Assembly: GCF_004010195.1 (NCBI RefSeq)
Contig: NC_057728.1
Span: forward strand, 41,954,844-42,018,843
DNA length: 64,000 bases
Origin: Chiloscyllium plagiosum
Taxonomy: Eukaryota
Direction of reading: 5' to 3'
Shown here: positions 53,705 through 64,000 of the stretch, in pieces
Layout: each line of letters opens with the position of its first letter
Numbering within the stretch: the first letter of the stretch is position 1
The notes under the pieces: generated by a model
The model's input: the letters and a program-made list of their open reading frames with translations, nothing else
What the model was told of the DNA's origin: nothing
The model's database searches: none
Translations under genes and position numbers: made by a program

Positions 53705-56355
53705 GCTGTCAATACAGATTTGAATGGAGCTGTTTTTGTAAAGTGTGTTCAGGAGGGTTTCCTAACTCAGTACGTTGACAGGCCGACGAGGGGAGAGGCC
53801 ATTCTAGACTTGGTGCTCGGAAACAAGCCAGGGCAGGTATCAGATCTTGTGGTGGGAGAGCATTTTGGTGATAGTGACCACAACTGCCTCACATTCTACA
53901 TAGCTATGAAGAAGGAGAGGATTAGGCAAAATGGGAGGATAGTTAATTGGGGAAGTGGAAATTATGATGCGATTAGGCATGAGTTAGGAAGCATGGACTG
54001 GGAGCAATTGTTCCATGATAAAGGCACTATAGACATGTGGAGACTGTTTAAGGAACAGTTGTTGCGAGTGATGAATAAATATGTCCCTCTAAGACAGGCA
54101 AGAAGTGGTAAGATAAAGGAACCTTGGATGACGAAAGCGGTAGATCTTCTCATCAAAAGGAAGAAGGTAGCTTACATAAGGTGGAGGAAGCTAGGGTCAA
54201 GCTCAGCTCTAGAGGATTGCAAGCAAGCGAGGAAGGAGCTCAAAAATGGTCTGAGGAGAGCCAGAAGGGGGCACGAGAAAGTCTTGGCAGAACGGATTAG
54301 GGAGAACACAAAGGCATTTTACACTTATGTGAGGAAAAAGAAAATGGTCAAAGAAAGGGTAGGGCCGATCAGGGATAGCATAGGGAATTTGTGTGTGGAG
54401 TCTGAGGAGGTAGGGGAAGCCCTAAATGAGTTTTTTGCTTCAATCTTTACGAAAGAAACAAACTTTGTAGTGAATAAAACCTTTGAAGAGCAGGTGTGCA
54501 TGCTGGAATGGATAGAGATAGAGGAAGCTGATGTGTTGAAAATTTTGTCAAACATTAAGATTGACAAGTCACCAGGCCCAGACCAGATTTGTCCTCGGCT
54601 GGTTTGGGAAATGAGAAATGCAATTGCTTCACCACTTGCGAAGCAATTGCATTTCTCTTTGCATCTTCACTCTCCACTGGAGTCATACCTGAGGACTGGA
54701 GAGAGGCAAATGTAATTCCTCTCTTCAAGAAAGGAAATAGGGAAATCCCCAGCAATTACAGACCAGTAAGTCTCACGTCTGTCGTCTGCAAGGTGTTAGA
54801 AAGGATTCTGAGGGAAAGGATTTATGACCATCTGAAAGAGCATGGCTTGATTAAATGCAGTCAACACGGCTTTGTGAGGGGCAGGTCATGCCTCACAAAG
54901 CCTTATCAAGTTCTTTGAGGATGTGACTACAAAAGGTGATGAGGGTCGAGCTGTGGATGTGGTGTATATGGACTTCAGCAAGGCATTTGATAAGGTTCCC
55001 CATGATAGGCTCATTCAGAAGGTCAGGAGGAATGGGATACAGGGCAACTTAGCTGTCTGGATACAGATTTGGCTGGCCAACAGAAGACAGCGAGTGGTAG
55101 TAGAAGGAAAATATTCTGCCTGGAAGTCAGTGGCGAGTGGTGTTCCATAGGGCTCTGTCTTTGTAATGTTTGTACTGTTTGTAATTTTTATTAATGATTT
55201 GGATGAGGGGATTGAAGNNNNNNNNNNNNNNNNNNNNNNNNNNNNNNNNNNNNNNNNNNNNNNNNNNNNNNNNNNNNNNNNNNNNNNNNNNNNNNNNNNN
55301 NNNNNNNNNNNNNNNNNNNNNNNNNNNNNNNNNNNNNNNNNNNNNNNNNNNNNNNNNNNNNNNNNNNNNNNNNNNNNNNNNNNNNNNNNNNNNNNNNNNN
55401 NNNNNNNNNNNNNNNNNNNNNNNNNNNNNNNNNNNNNNNNNNNNNNNNNNNNNNNNNNNNNNNNNNNNNNNNNNNNNNNNNNNNNNNNNNNNNNNNNNNN
55501 NNNNNNNNNNNNNNNNNNNNNNNNNNNNNNNNNNNNNNNNNNNNNNNNNNNNNNNNNNNNNNNNNNNNNNNNNNNNNNNNNNNNNNNNNNNNNNNNNNNN
55601 NNNNNNNNNNNNNNNNNNNNNNNNNNNNNNNNNNNNNNNNNNNNNNNNNNNNNNNNNNNNNNNNNNNNNNNNNNNNNNNNNNNNNNNNNNNNNNNNNNNN
55701 NNNNNNNNNNNNNNNNNNNNNNNNNNNNNNNNNNNNNNNNNNNNNNNNNNNNNNNNNNNNNNNNNNNNNNNNNNNNNNNNNNNNNNNNNNNNNNNNNNNN
55801 NNNNNNNNNNNNNNNNNNNNNNNNNNNNNNNNNNNNNNNNNNNNNNNNNNNNNNNNNNNNNNNNNNNNNNNNNNNNNNNNNNNNNNNNNNNNNNNNNNNN
55901 NNNNNNNNNNNNNNNNNNNNNNNNNNNNNNNNNNNNNNNNNNNNNNNNNNNNNNNNNNNNNNNNNNNNNNNNNNNNNNNNNNNNNNNNNNNNNNNNNNNN
56001 NNNNNNNNNNNNNNNNNNNNNNNNNNNNNNNNNNNNNNNNNNNNNNNNNNNNNNNNNNNNNNNNNNNNNNNNNNNNNNNNNNNNNNNNNNNNNGAGGGGT
56101 CATAGTTTTAAGCTGGTTGGAGGAAAGTATAGAGGGGATATCAGAGGCGGGTTCTTTACACAGAGAGTTGTGAGAGCATGGAATGCGTTGCCAGCAGCAG
56201 TTGTGGAAGCAAGGTCATTGGGGACATTTAAGAGACTGCTGGACATGCATATGATCACAAAAATTTGAGGGTGCATACATGAGGATCAGTGGTCAGCACA
56301 ACATTGTGGGCTGAAGGGCCTGTTCTGTGCTGTACTGTTCTATGTTCTATATTCT
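53705..56355 (+). mobile_element. CR1/HER1 LINE (endonuclease C-terminus + RT + 3' end) spanning an N gap
   Basis: LDLVLGN, GDSDH, NYRPVSLTS and DFSKAFDKVPH motifs; (tatgttc)n tail; closely related to 44100-46871. Confidence 0.95.
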
Positions 56356-56539
56356 AACTACTCCATCCAACACTTAATAAAATAATTCTTCCTAGTCTCA
56401 CACATCATCTTGTAAACCAACATTTGTTTTCCCTGTTCTACACTAAAAAATCACAAGTACAACAATGATAGAGTCCTAACAACACTATTATTAAAAATAA
56501 GCATCTACATGGCCATCTACTGTTGATCACCAGCACACG

Positions 56540-56930
56540 TCCCTCTTATTACCTTCTTTGAGACTGATGTTTGTAGCACATATCCGCATATTCTGGTGCC
56601 TTTACATTAATATTTATAGAAAACAGATGAAGAATATCTTCACCTGTTCCCTGATACATGACGCTGGGGACAAGGTGCCTCACAATCTCATCAAGTACAG
56701 ATTTTCCAATGGTCCCTCTACGACTGTGAACTCTCTGCTACCATAGGTGCAATGCACTCAGGTTACTTTCAGGACTTTGGGCAGTCTTGCCATCAGGCAT
56801 TAACCTCTTTTGTAGCTTCGCAACAACATATGGCATACAACCTACAAGCTCAGTTGTTCTATTAGTTGCCCCATCCAGCTTTGACACATTTGTCCATGGA
56901 GCAATGGAACAATCCTTCATCACTTTACAG
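56540..56930 (-). mobile_element. possible highly decayed hAT (Charlie-like) transposase remnant
   Basis: Scattered peptides across frames: WTN...DGA, VHCT..RE, KSVLDEIV, VCW*S. Confidence 0.3.
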
Positions 56931-58301
56931 CCTGCAGCATCACATCAATGTTCTTGTTATCACATTTTAGCATCCTTTACCTTGCTTTGAGTCTTGTATC
57001 ATAAAATGCTTCCAGGGAACATGTCAAACACTCTAAAAGTGATGGAACATAAAAAGCAAGACCAGTTACATTCAAAGAAATACTTTATCTCACAAAATAC
57101 TTAGACCATTGAGAAGAAATTCTTCCAACAGCATTACAAGTAAAGGTTTTAAACAAAAAATGACCAACTTTGATGTTTACTTACTTGCTTCCATGGCAGC
57201 CACACAATGATCAATCATTAGTAGTTTTGTTTTGCTTATATCTGCTTTTATAAAATCTTCTTTAATCCGTCTCCTGTTTTTAAAGTCAGACTTGCACTAA
57301 GTCTTCTTGTTACCAGTAGGTCCTCAGTTAATTGTATTCCTCTGAAAAACTGCTTGCAATCTCCTCTCTTCATTCAACTGAGGGCAAAAAGAAAAATTAT
57401 CATTTTGGCTCTGCTGGTACTATGCTCACATTGCTTGCAGTCATTGTTGGGAATTTAGGATTGGGATTTTATTCTCTGCTGGTTCACAGGACTTGCCTCT
57501 GACATTTAATAGGAATTCCACCAGCTCCACACACATTCTACAATTGTTAATCTTCACAAAACCCATAACACTGACTGAAGCCAGGGAGTAAATGCCCATA
57601 AAAAGGCATTTAGATTATGGATGGTTCAATTAACACATAGGAATATCACATATCTTAGCAGAGGAAACTATTTCTAATGTGTGAATTGATACTTTTTGTG
57701 TCTACAAGATTGTGTCAATATATTCTCATTAATGCCCCCAGTACCCCACCTTTGGAGTAAAACAAATTGGACACACTGGGAAAATTAATCAAGGACATGC
57801 AACTTCAGCTTGTGACATTTCATTAATTTGCTTCAACCACATTTTTAATGCACATATCACTTTTACTCCATAGAATCAAAAGACAGATGATCTCTACCTT
57901 TCTTGACATTTGCTGTGCAGTGGTTCAATGAATTATAGCATTGTGCAAAATCCCAATCTATACACTCAGAAAAGCGAAAAAAAAACTGTGTGTCAAATGG
58001 ATGATTTAACACATTGATTAAGTGATGAGCTGAATATCTTATACTCATTTATATTATTTTAGTAATCTTAGTTGAACATTTATTAAAACTCCAATCGCCT
58101 TTTCACTCAGCAACAGAATTTTAACATTGAGTGAACAACTTCTTTTGAACAGAAGAAACATTCCTGTTAAGTTCAAAATAGGCATACCATATAATGTAGA
58201 TTGAAGTCATTCATCACTTAAATAGAAGTCTTTATCCTGAAATCAAATAGCCAGGAAACACTCAATGCTGGACCTGACCAGGAAAATACTCAGAAGCTAT
58301 T

Positions 58302-58624
58302 AGATGATTAGATTCCCTACAGTATGGAAACAGGCCCTTTGGCCCAACAAGTCCACACTGACCCTCCAAAGAGTAACTCACCCAGACCAATTCCTCTACC
58401 CTATATTTACCCCAACTAATGCACCTGACACTATGGGCAATTTAGCATAGCCAATTCACCTGACATGCACATCTTTGGATTGTGGGAGGAAACCGGAGCA
58501 CCTGGAGGAAATCCACGCAGACACGGGGAGAATGTGCAAACTCCACACAGATAGTTGCCTGAGGTGGGAATCGAATCCGGGTCCCTGGTGCTGTGAGGCA
58601 GCAGTGCTAACCACTGAGCCATTC
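58302..58624 (-). mobile_element. HE1-type tRNA-derived SINE, full length
   Basis: A box TGGCTCAGTGG, B box GATTCGATTCC, central domain and HER1/CR1-like tail. Confidence 0.9.
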
Positions 58625-59198
58625 TGGAATCACTGGAAGTTTGCACTTGAAAAGAATTTATTGCATTATCCCAGCTTCTCTGTCTTAGCTACATCTGTTT
58701 GAACAATATAACCTTCCAAACTAGTGCTTCCAATATGTCTTCCCTTTTTGTCAACTGATTCCCTGCCAATAAATTTAACATAGACTTCGGCCTTCTCCAT
58801 CTCATTTTCATCCTTTCACTTCCCTCCCAAAATCATGAAAGGGATCCTCTTGTCCTCACTTTCCCTCTACTAGCATCCACAGTCAGCAGATCATCCTCCA
58901 CCATTTCCACCACTTCAAGCACGATGAAACTACCAAATACTTTATCTCCTCTCCTTTACAATACTTGCAATACTTGAACTTACTAAATTCTAGGCAGAAG
59001 CCAAGAACTCCAGTTCCTGGTAGGCCCAAGCGCTCCAGGGGATGTACAAAGAACATGTTGTGTCATAGGCTGCTCTGTTTGTGTTTTTTTCACCAGTTAA
59101 AAGATCTAGCCATTTAAATGGAGCAGTGCAATGACAAATAGAAGTGTCATGAAAGAAACAAAGACCTTAGGACCTGATATAGCAGTGTAAAAGGAGAT

Positions 59199-59330
59199 TC
59201 TGATGAACGGACATGGTAACCAAAATGTTGACACAGCTTTCTCTCCATTGATGCTGGCAAGACCTGCTGCCTTTCTACAGAAATTTCTGTTGTTGTTTCA
59301 GATTTCCAGCATCCGTAGTTCTTTGTTTTA
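59199..59330 (+). mobile_element. old Penelope-like terminal remnant
   Basis: Begins ctgatgaa and ends ccagcatccgtagttctttgtttt; similar remnants at ~17005-17110 and ~42960-43060 (minus) and ~24830-24920. Confidence 0.5.
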
Positions 59331-61250
59331 TTATGGACAGTTAGAGTTCAGAGAAGTTCTGGGAGTTGTCAGATGCAGCTCACAGTTACAGTTAGGGCTT
59401 AGGAATCTATTTAGTATAGCTAGAAATAATGAAGCAATCAGGAGCTGCGAAGTTGTCACAAGGTCATTGGCTCTGCTGGCTTGTAGTTCAAAGATAACCA
59501 GTTTAAAGTGAGGTACAGTATACTTCTCAAGTGTGACTAAAAAGCTTGGAGTGTACCAGGAAGCTAGTGCTGCAACGTAGCTTAGGAAATCCAGGTGAAC
59601 AAAAACGTAACTGAAGACATTGAACCTCTTCAATGAGTCTGAACAGATTTTTAGGGGAAATTCTTTGAATGTAATGAGTTCAGCTCCTAAAGAGGAAGAT
59701 AGAGTGTTAATGAGCTTTTGTGACTTACAATGAGTATTGATATGTGGTTGAGTTACTGATAAGTTCATGGAACCTGTCTTGGCTGTATTTACCACTTAAT
59801 GTACAATGCAGTGTGTTCAACCACAGTTTGCTGTTAATTCACATTTATCTTATGTTAGATAATGCAGAATGCTTACTTTTCTGACTTTTATAGGAAAGTT
59901 TATTTTGTTTGTTTTAAAACTGTAGATTTTTTAGCTTTATTCTCTTAGTAAGTAAATGTTGTCAATTTTAAACAAAATATTACAGGTTCTTAAACACATT
60001 GGTGGTCTTGTCTGAGATCACAGCATAATCTGGAAATGTATCCAGGGTTACAGACAAATACTTGCTTAGGTTAAGTCTGATATGTAAATCAGTGCGAATT
60101 TTATGAGACTTACTGAAAGCCAAAATAGCTTTAATTTATCCGTTGCTATTATGTTTCTGGAGGGGAATATTTATCTCAAAATGAGTTACTAAAACTAATC
60201 AAGGCTAGGTTTATAATCTCAGCAGCAAAGTTGGAATTCAAGTTAAAAGCAAGGATGTGCAAGCTGACATCAAGGAAATGATAGCACAGCACTTGAAACT
60301 GGAAGAAGGAAAAGCTCATCCAAACATTAATCAGCTGAGTTGGCTAAAAGACAGTTGTTAAAGAAGCAGCTTGAAATGGGGAAAGAAATGAAGCTCATTG
60401 AATTAGAAAAAGTAAGGAAAATATTTGAACAAGAAAGGGAACTGTCATAGGTAGAAATTGAATTCCAGAGAGAAAGGTTAGCAAGGGATAATAGAGATAA
60501 AGACTGAAAGTTTTAAAGAGAGCAAACAGTCAGATGACATAAACTCAATGAAGAAAACTTAGGATGTGAATTAAAAGAGAGTTCAATAGTTCGGATGATG
60601 AGGCACGACCCCACATAACTTTTGATGTAACAAGGAATCTTTGCCTCTTGCTTTAACTAACAATGGACAGAGTTAAGGGAATTTCTTGAAAAGGTGGCTG
60701 AAATCATAAAGTAGTTAATCAAGACTTCATTTTGCAGAGTGATCTGGTTGGAAAAGCTGTTGTCATGTTTCAGCAGTTAGAATTGCAATATTTAATGCTT
60801 ATGATCTTATTCCTGAAGTATATCAATTACAGTTTCAGACTTTAGATAAAGGACAGAATGTAACATTTGCCGAATTTCATGAGGAGAAAGAAATGTTGTG
60901 AAATTAATGGTGTTAACTGAAACTTAATCATACTTTTTAAGAATATGAGCTAATGACAATAAATGGACATTGAAGTAGCATCCCAATAGCCATGAGGTCA
61001 TACCAAGAAGATGGCAAAGTTTCAAAAATAAGGAAAACAGCAGTTCTGGCAGATGGATATATCACGCCGGCAGTTGTGGTGCAGTAAATCTTCATTTGTA
61101 AACTCACAAGGAAACTGGGGATCAGAAAAAGAGTCTGGCTTTAAGGAGAATAGAGAACTGATTTTCCTTGTTTTAGAACCTGAGGTGGTCTTGTGGCTTT
61201 TGGGATGCTATTTTGAACTCAACTATTATCACTGACTCTCATATTCTCAA
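59330..61250 (+). mobile_element. decayed Gypsy (Gmr1-like) LTR retrotransposon: probable LTR (~59330-60021) and gag remnant
   Basis: Broken peptides FDVTRNL, FLEKVAE, LQSDLVGKA and NAYDLIPEVYQLQFQTL...TFAEFHEEKE resemble SCAN-associated gag. Confidence 0.65.
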
Positions 61251-61514
61251 AATTCTGCGCAAGTTTCAGCCTGAAACTTACAACATTCCTTTCTCCTCAG
61301 AAAATCTGTAAATATTTCATTCTGTCTATCTCAAGATGGACAACAAAAGCTTCTTTAAATCGACTGCGAAAATTTCTTTGAATACATTCAATGGGAAAGA
61401 GAAACCAAAGTGAACCCAAGACCCCCAGAGAACCAGAACAAGAAATGGCAGAGGAGTTGAAAAAATATTTTGCATCAGTCTTCACAGTAGCAGACAGTAA
61501 TAAAAGGGCAAAAT

Positions 61515-61736
61515 CATAGAATAGAATCCCTACAGTGTAGAAGCACACCATTTGGCCCATCGAGTTCACACCAAATCTCCAAAGAGCATTCCACCCAGAC
61601 ATTGCCCATGACCAATGCAAGTGTCATTGGACTCTGGGAGAAAACCCACACAGATATAGGGAGAATGTGTAAACTCCACACACAGTTGCCTGAGGGTGGA
61701 ATTGAACCCAGCTCCCTGACACTGCCACCATGCCAC
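61515..61736 (-). mobile_element. HE1-type SINE with internal deletions
   Basis: Homologous to 58302-58624; sits within an old plus-strand CR1. Confidence 0.8.
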
Positions 61737-62240
61737 CCAAGGAGGATTGGAAATAAACAAAACTGTCACAAGTGCTATGGAAACTGAACGGACGAAAGAC
61801 AGATAAATCCCCTGGATTTTACAAGATGCATCCTAGGATATTCGGGGAAGGATGTCTTGGAAATGTGGAACTTTTTCAAGGAACAGATACGACGTGTCCT
61901 TGATATGTTGATTCTCTCTTTTCTTTCTTTTCTAATTGGTGTGCTCTCTTCACATTCAGAACCTTCCCCACCAACCTTTCTATTTACGCCATGACTTGTA
62001 ATTCCTCCACTCTCCTCTCTATCTGTATAAAGTCTCTTTGGGTGGAACGAGCAAAGCTCCCTGCTAAGATATGGGTCCCTTTCCAGCTCGGGTAAGACCT
62101 ATCCTCTTTGAACAGGTCTTTTCTGTCCCAGAGGAGACTCCAATGTGTGCAACTGGACTTGAAATCATACAGAACTGAGATTCCAGACAACATCTATGTT
62201 GATCTTAGCTGGGCAGTTGTAGGGGTGGCACAAGTTGAAG

Positions 62241-62459
62241 GAAAAATTGAGGACTGCAGATGCTGGAGATCAGAGTCAAAAAGTGTGGTGCTGGAAAGGT
62301 GTGGTACTGTGGTCAGGCAGCATCCGAGGAGCAGGAGAGTCGACGTTTCAAGCATAAGCCTTTCATCACATTCACGGTGAAGAGCTTATGCTCAAAACAT
62401 CGACTCTCCTGCTCCTCGGCTGCTGCCTGACTGGCTGTGCTTTTCCAGCACAACACTAC
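62241..62459. mobile_element. Penelope-derived short fold-back element with 15-16 bp TSD
   Basis: Inverted arms ~62282-62368 / 62376-62457, decayed hammerhead cores. Flanks are gtggcacaagttgaag (62225-62240) and gtggcacagttgaag (62460-62474). Confidence 0.8.
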
Positions 62460-62977
62460 GTGGCACAGTTGAAGTCAACCTTCCTGAGGTAGAACAGGTA
62501 AGTGTTTGCACTTGATGCGGATAACTGGTCCCGTCTTGGAAACTGGTTTCTGCTGAGCACAGACGAGAGCATGATTTGAGGTGGGAACTTGACTGTCAGA
62601 AAAAGCTCCCAAGAAGCAGCTCCAAAGGAATTTTGAAGTCTGGCAGCACTGAGGGACTTGCATCTCAGCAAGTGCCTTCAGCTTTGAGCCAAGGGGGAAG
62701 TGGGTGGAAGTGTGGACAAGCCCCTGATCTCTCCTCGTGATGCTCTCTTGGGTGCAAAGCTCACCACCTCTTCTTGAAAGTGGTCCCTTTGAAGACAGGT
62801 GCAGGCAGCAGCCGCTTGAGTTCCTCCTCTTCACCCCCCCCTCCATTAGCCCTCCCCACCATCACCAACGACATCTGCCAACACGGATGAGGTTGGAGAC
62901 GATGTGGTTTTGCCAAGAGGCTCCTTCACCTCATCCCAACAACAGTCTACTCACTCTCACTGGATGTCATTTCTCTG

Positions 62978-63405
62978 CTTTGCAGAGAAGATTTACCAGG
63001 ATGTTGCCTGGAATGGAGAGGAAGTCGTACGAGGATAGGTTGAGAGTTCTCGGTCTTTTCTCGTTGGGACGGCGAAGGATGAGGGGTGACTTGATCGAGG
63101 TTTATAAGATGATCAGAGGAATCGATAGAGTAGACAGTCAGAAACTTTTTCCCCGGGCACAACCGAGTGTTACAAGGGGACATAAATTTAAGGTGGAAGG
63201 TATAGGGGGGATGTCAGGGGTGGGTTCTTTACCCAGAGAGTGGTGGGGGCATGGAATGCGCTGCCTGTGGTAGTGGTAGAGTCAGAATCTTTGGTGACCT
63301 TTAAGCGGCAATTGGATAGGTACATGGATGGGTGCTTAAGCTAGGACAAATGTTCGGCACAACACCTTGGGCCGAAGGGCCTGTTCTGTGCTGTATTGTT
63401 CTATG
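62978..63405 (+). mobile_element. young CR1 3' end
   Basis: QRRFTRMLPGMERKSYEDRLRVLGLFSL...RGDLIEVYK; tail present. Confidence 0.9.
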
Positions 63406-64000
63406 ATATTAAAGGAGGTAACCACAGAGATTGTGGATATATTGGTAGTAATCTTTCAGGAATTCTTTGATTCTGGAAAAGTCACAGAGGACTGAATAAC
63501 TACTAAACACTTCTTATTTTGAAAGGGAAGCAGACAAAAACAGGTAGACAAGTTAGATTAACATCTGTTACTGGGAAAATGTTAGAGTCTATGATAAAGG
63601 ATGTAATGGTAGATCATTTAGAGATATATTATAAAATCAAGCAGAGTCAGTGTAGCTTCATGATGTAGAAGTCATGCCCGATACATTTACTAGATTTATT
63701 TGAGGAGTTAACAATGGCCTACAGTGGATGTAATATGTTTGGATTTTCAGAATGCATTTGATAAGGGGCCATGCATACGACGATTTAATAAATAAAACAA
63801 AAGCCCATGGTGTTGGAGAAAGCATGTTAGCATGGATAGAGGATTAGCTAACTAATAGAAGACACAGAGGTAGGATCACCGAGGCATTTTCAGGGTGGCA
63901 ACCTGTAACTAGTGGAGTGCCACTGGGATTAATGCTGGGGCAACAATTATTTTCAGGATATGTTAATGACTTAGATGACAGAAGTGCTTATACTAGAGTC
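63405..64000 (+). mobile_element. old CR1 RT region (continues fragments at ~61340-61840)
   Basis: LDFQNAFDK, DWL.NRR.RV-like and SGVPLG remnants. Confidence 0.75.

Noticed and set aside
53546..54715. 389-aa ORF as a host or domesticated gene
   Set aside because: It is CR1 ORF2 from ~53705 with a fortuitous upstream extension, and it frameshifts immediately afterwards.
55015..56173. Long ORFs of 300+ aa in the ORF track
   Set aside because: They are artefacts of reading through the N gap inside a CR1 copy.
58540..58624. tRNA gene
   Set aside because: The A/B boxes belong to an HE1-type SINE head; the same applies at 13.8, 41.1, 52.7 and 61.7 kb.
56400..64000. 3' exons of LEMD3, expected upstream of MSRB3 by synteny
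   Set aside because: No RRM/UHM C-terminal peptide recognised on either strand; probably beyond the window.
1..64000. CRISPR array or prokaryotic-type system
   Set aside because: No regularly spaced repeat-spacer array and no gene-dense operon; the sequence is vertebrate intron and repeat DNA.

Overview
Vertebrate genomic DNA, very probably an elasmobranch (shark), judged from HER1/CR1-type LINEs, HE1-type and Deu-type SINEs and Penelope-like elements; it has two N gaps (25326-25457, 55218-56093). The only host gene I can support is the 5' part of MSRB3 (methionine-R-sulfoxide reductase B3) on the minus strand. Three coding exons are visible: a signal-peptide first exon (50562-50481), a 127-nt cassette exon with its own ATG encoding the mitochondrial leader MSAFNLLHLVTKSQPVALRACGLPS (26672-26546), and the first common exon GSRRDKSSCKVVFPEQELRERLTAQQYHVTQDKGTE (990-882); the gene continues off the left edge. 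The rest is intron or upstream DNA filled with decayed CR1 LINEs, SINEs, Penelope-like elements (several as TSD-flanked fold-back hairpins carrying minimal hammerhead ribozyme cores), a pogo-type non-autonomous transposon, a Gypsy gag remnant, a solo LTR, and a tandem pair of Tx1-like 3' ends abutting a U6 snRNA-like fragment. Family and orthology calls come from recalled sequence knowledge, not database searches, and repeat boundaries are approximate.
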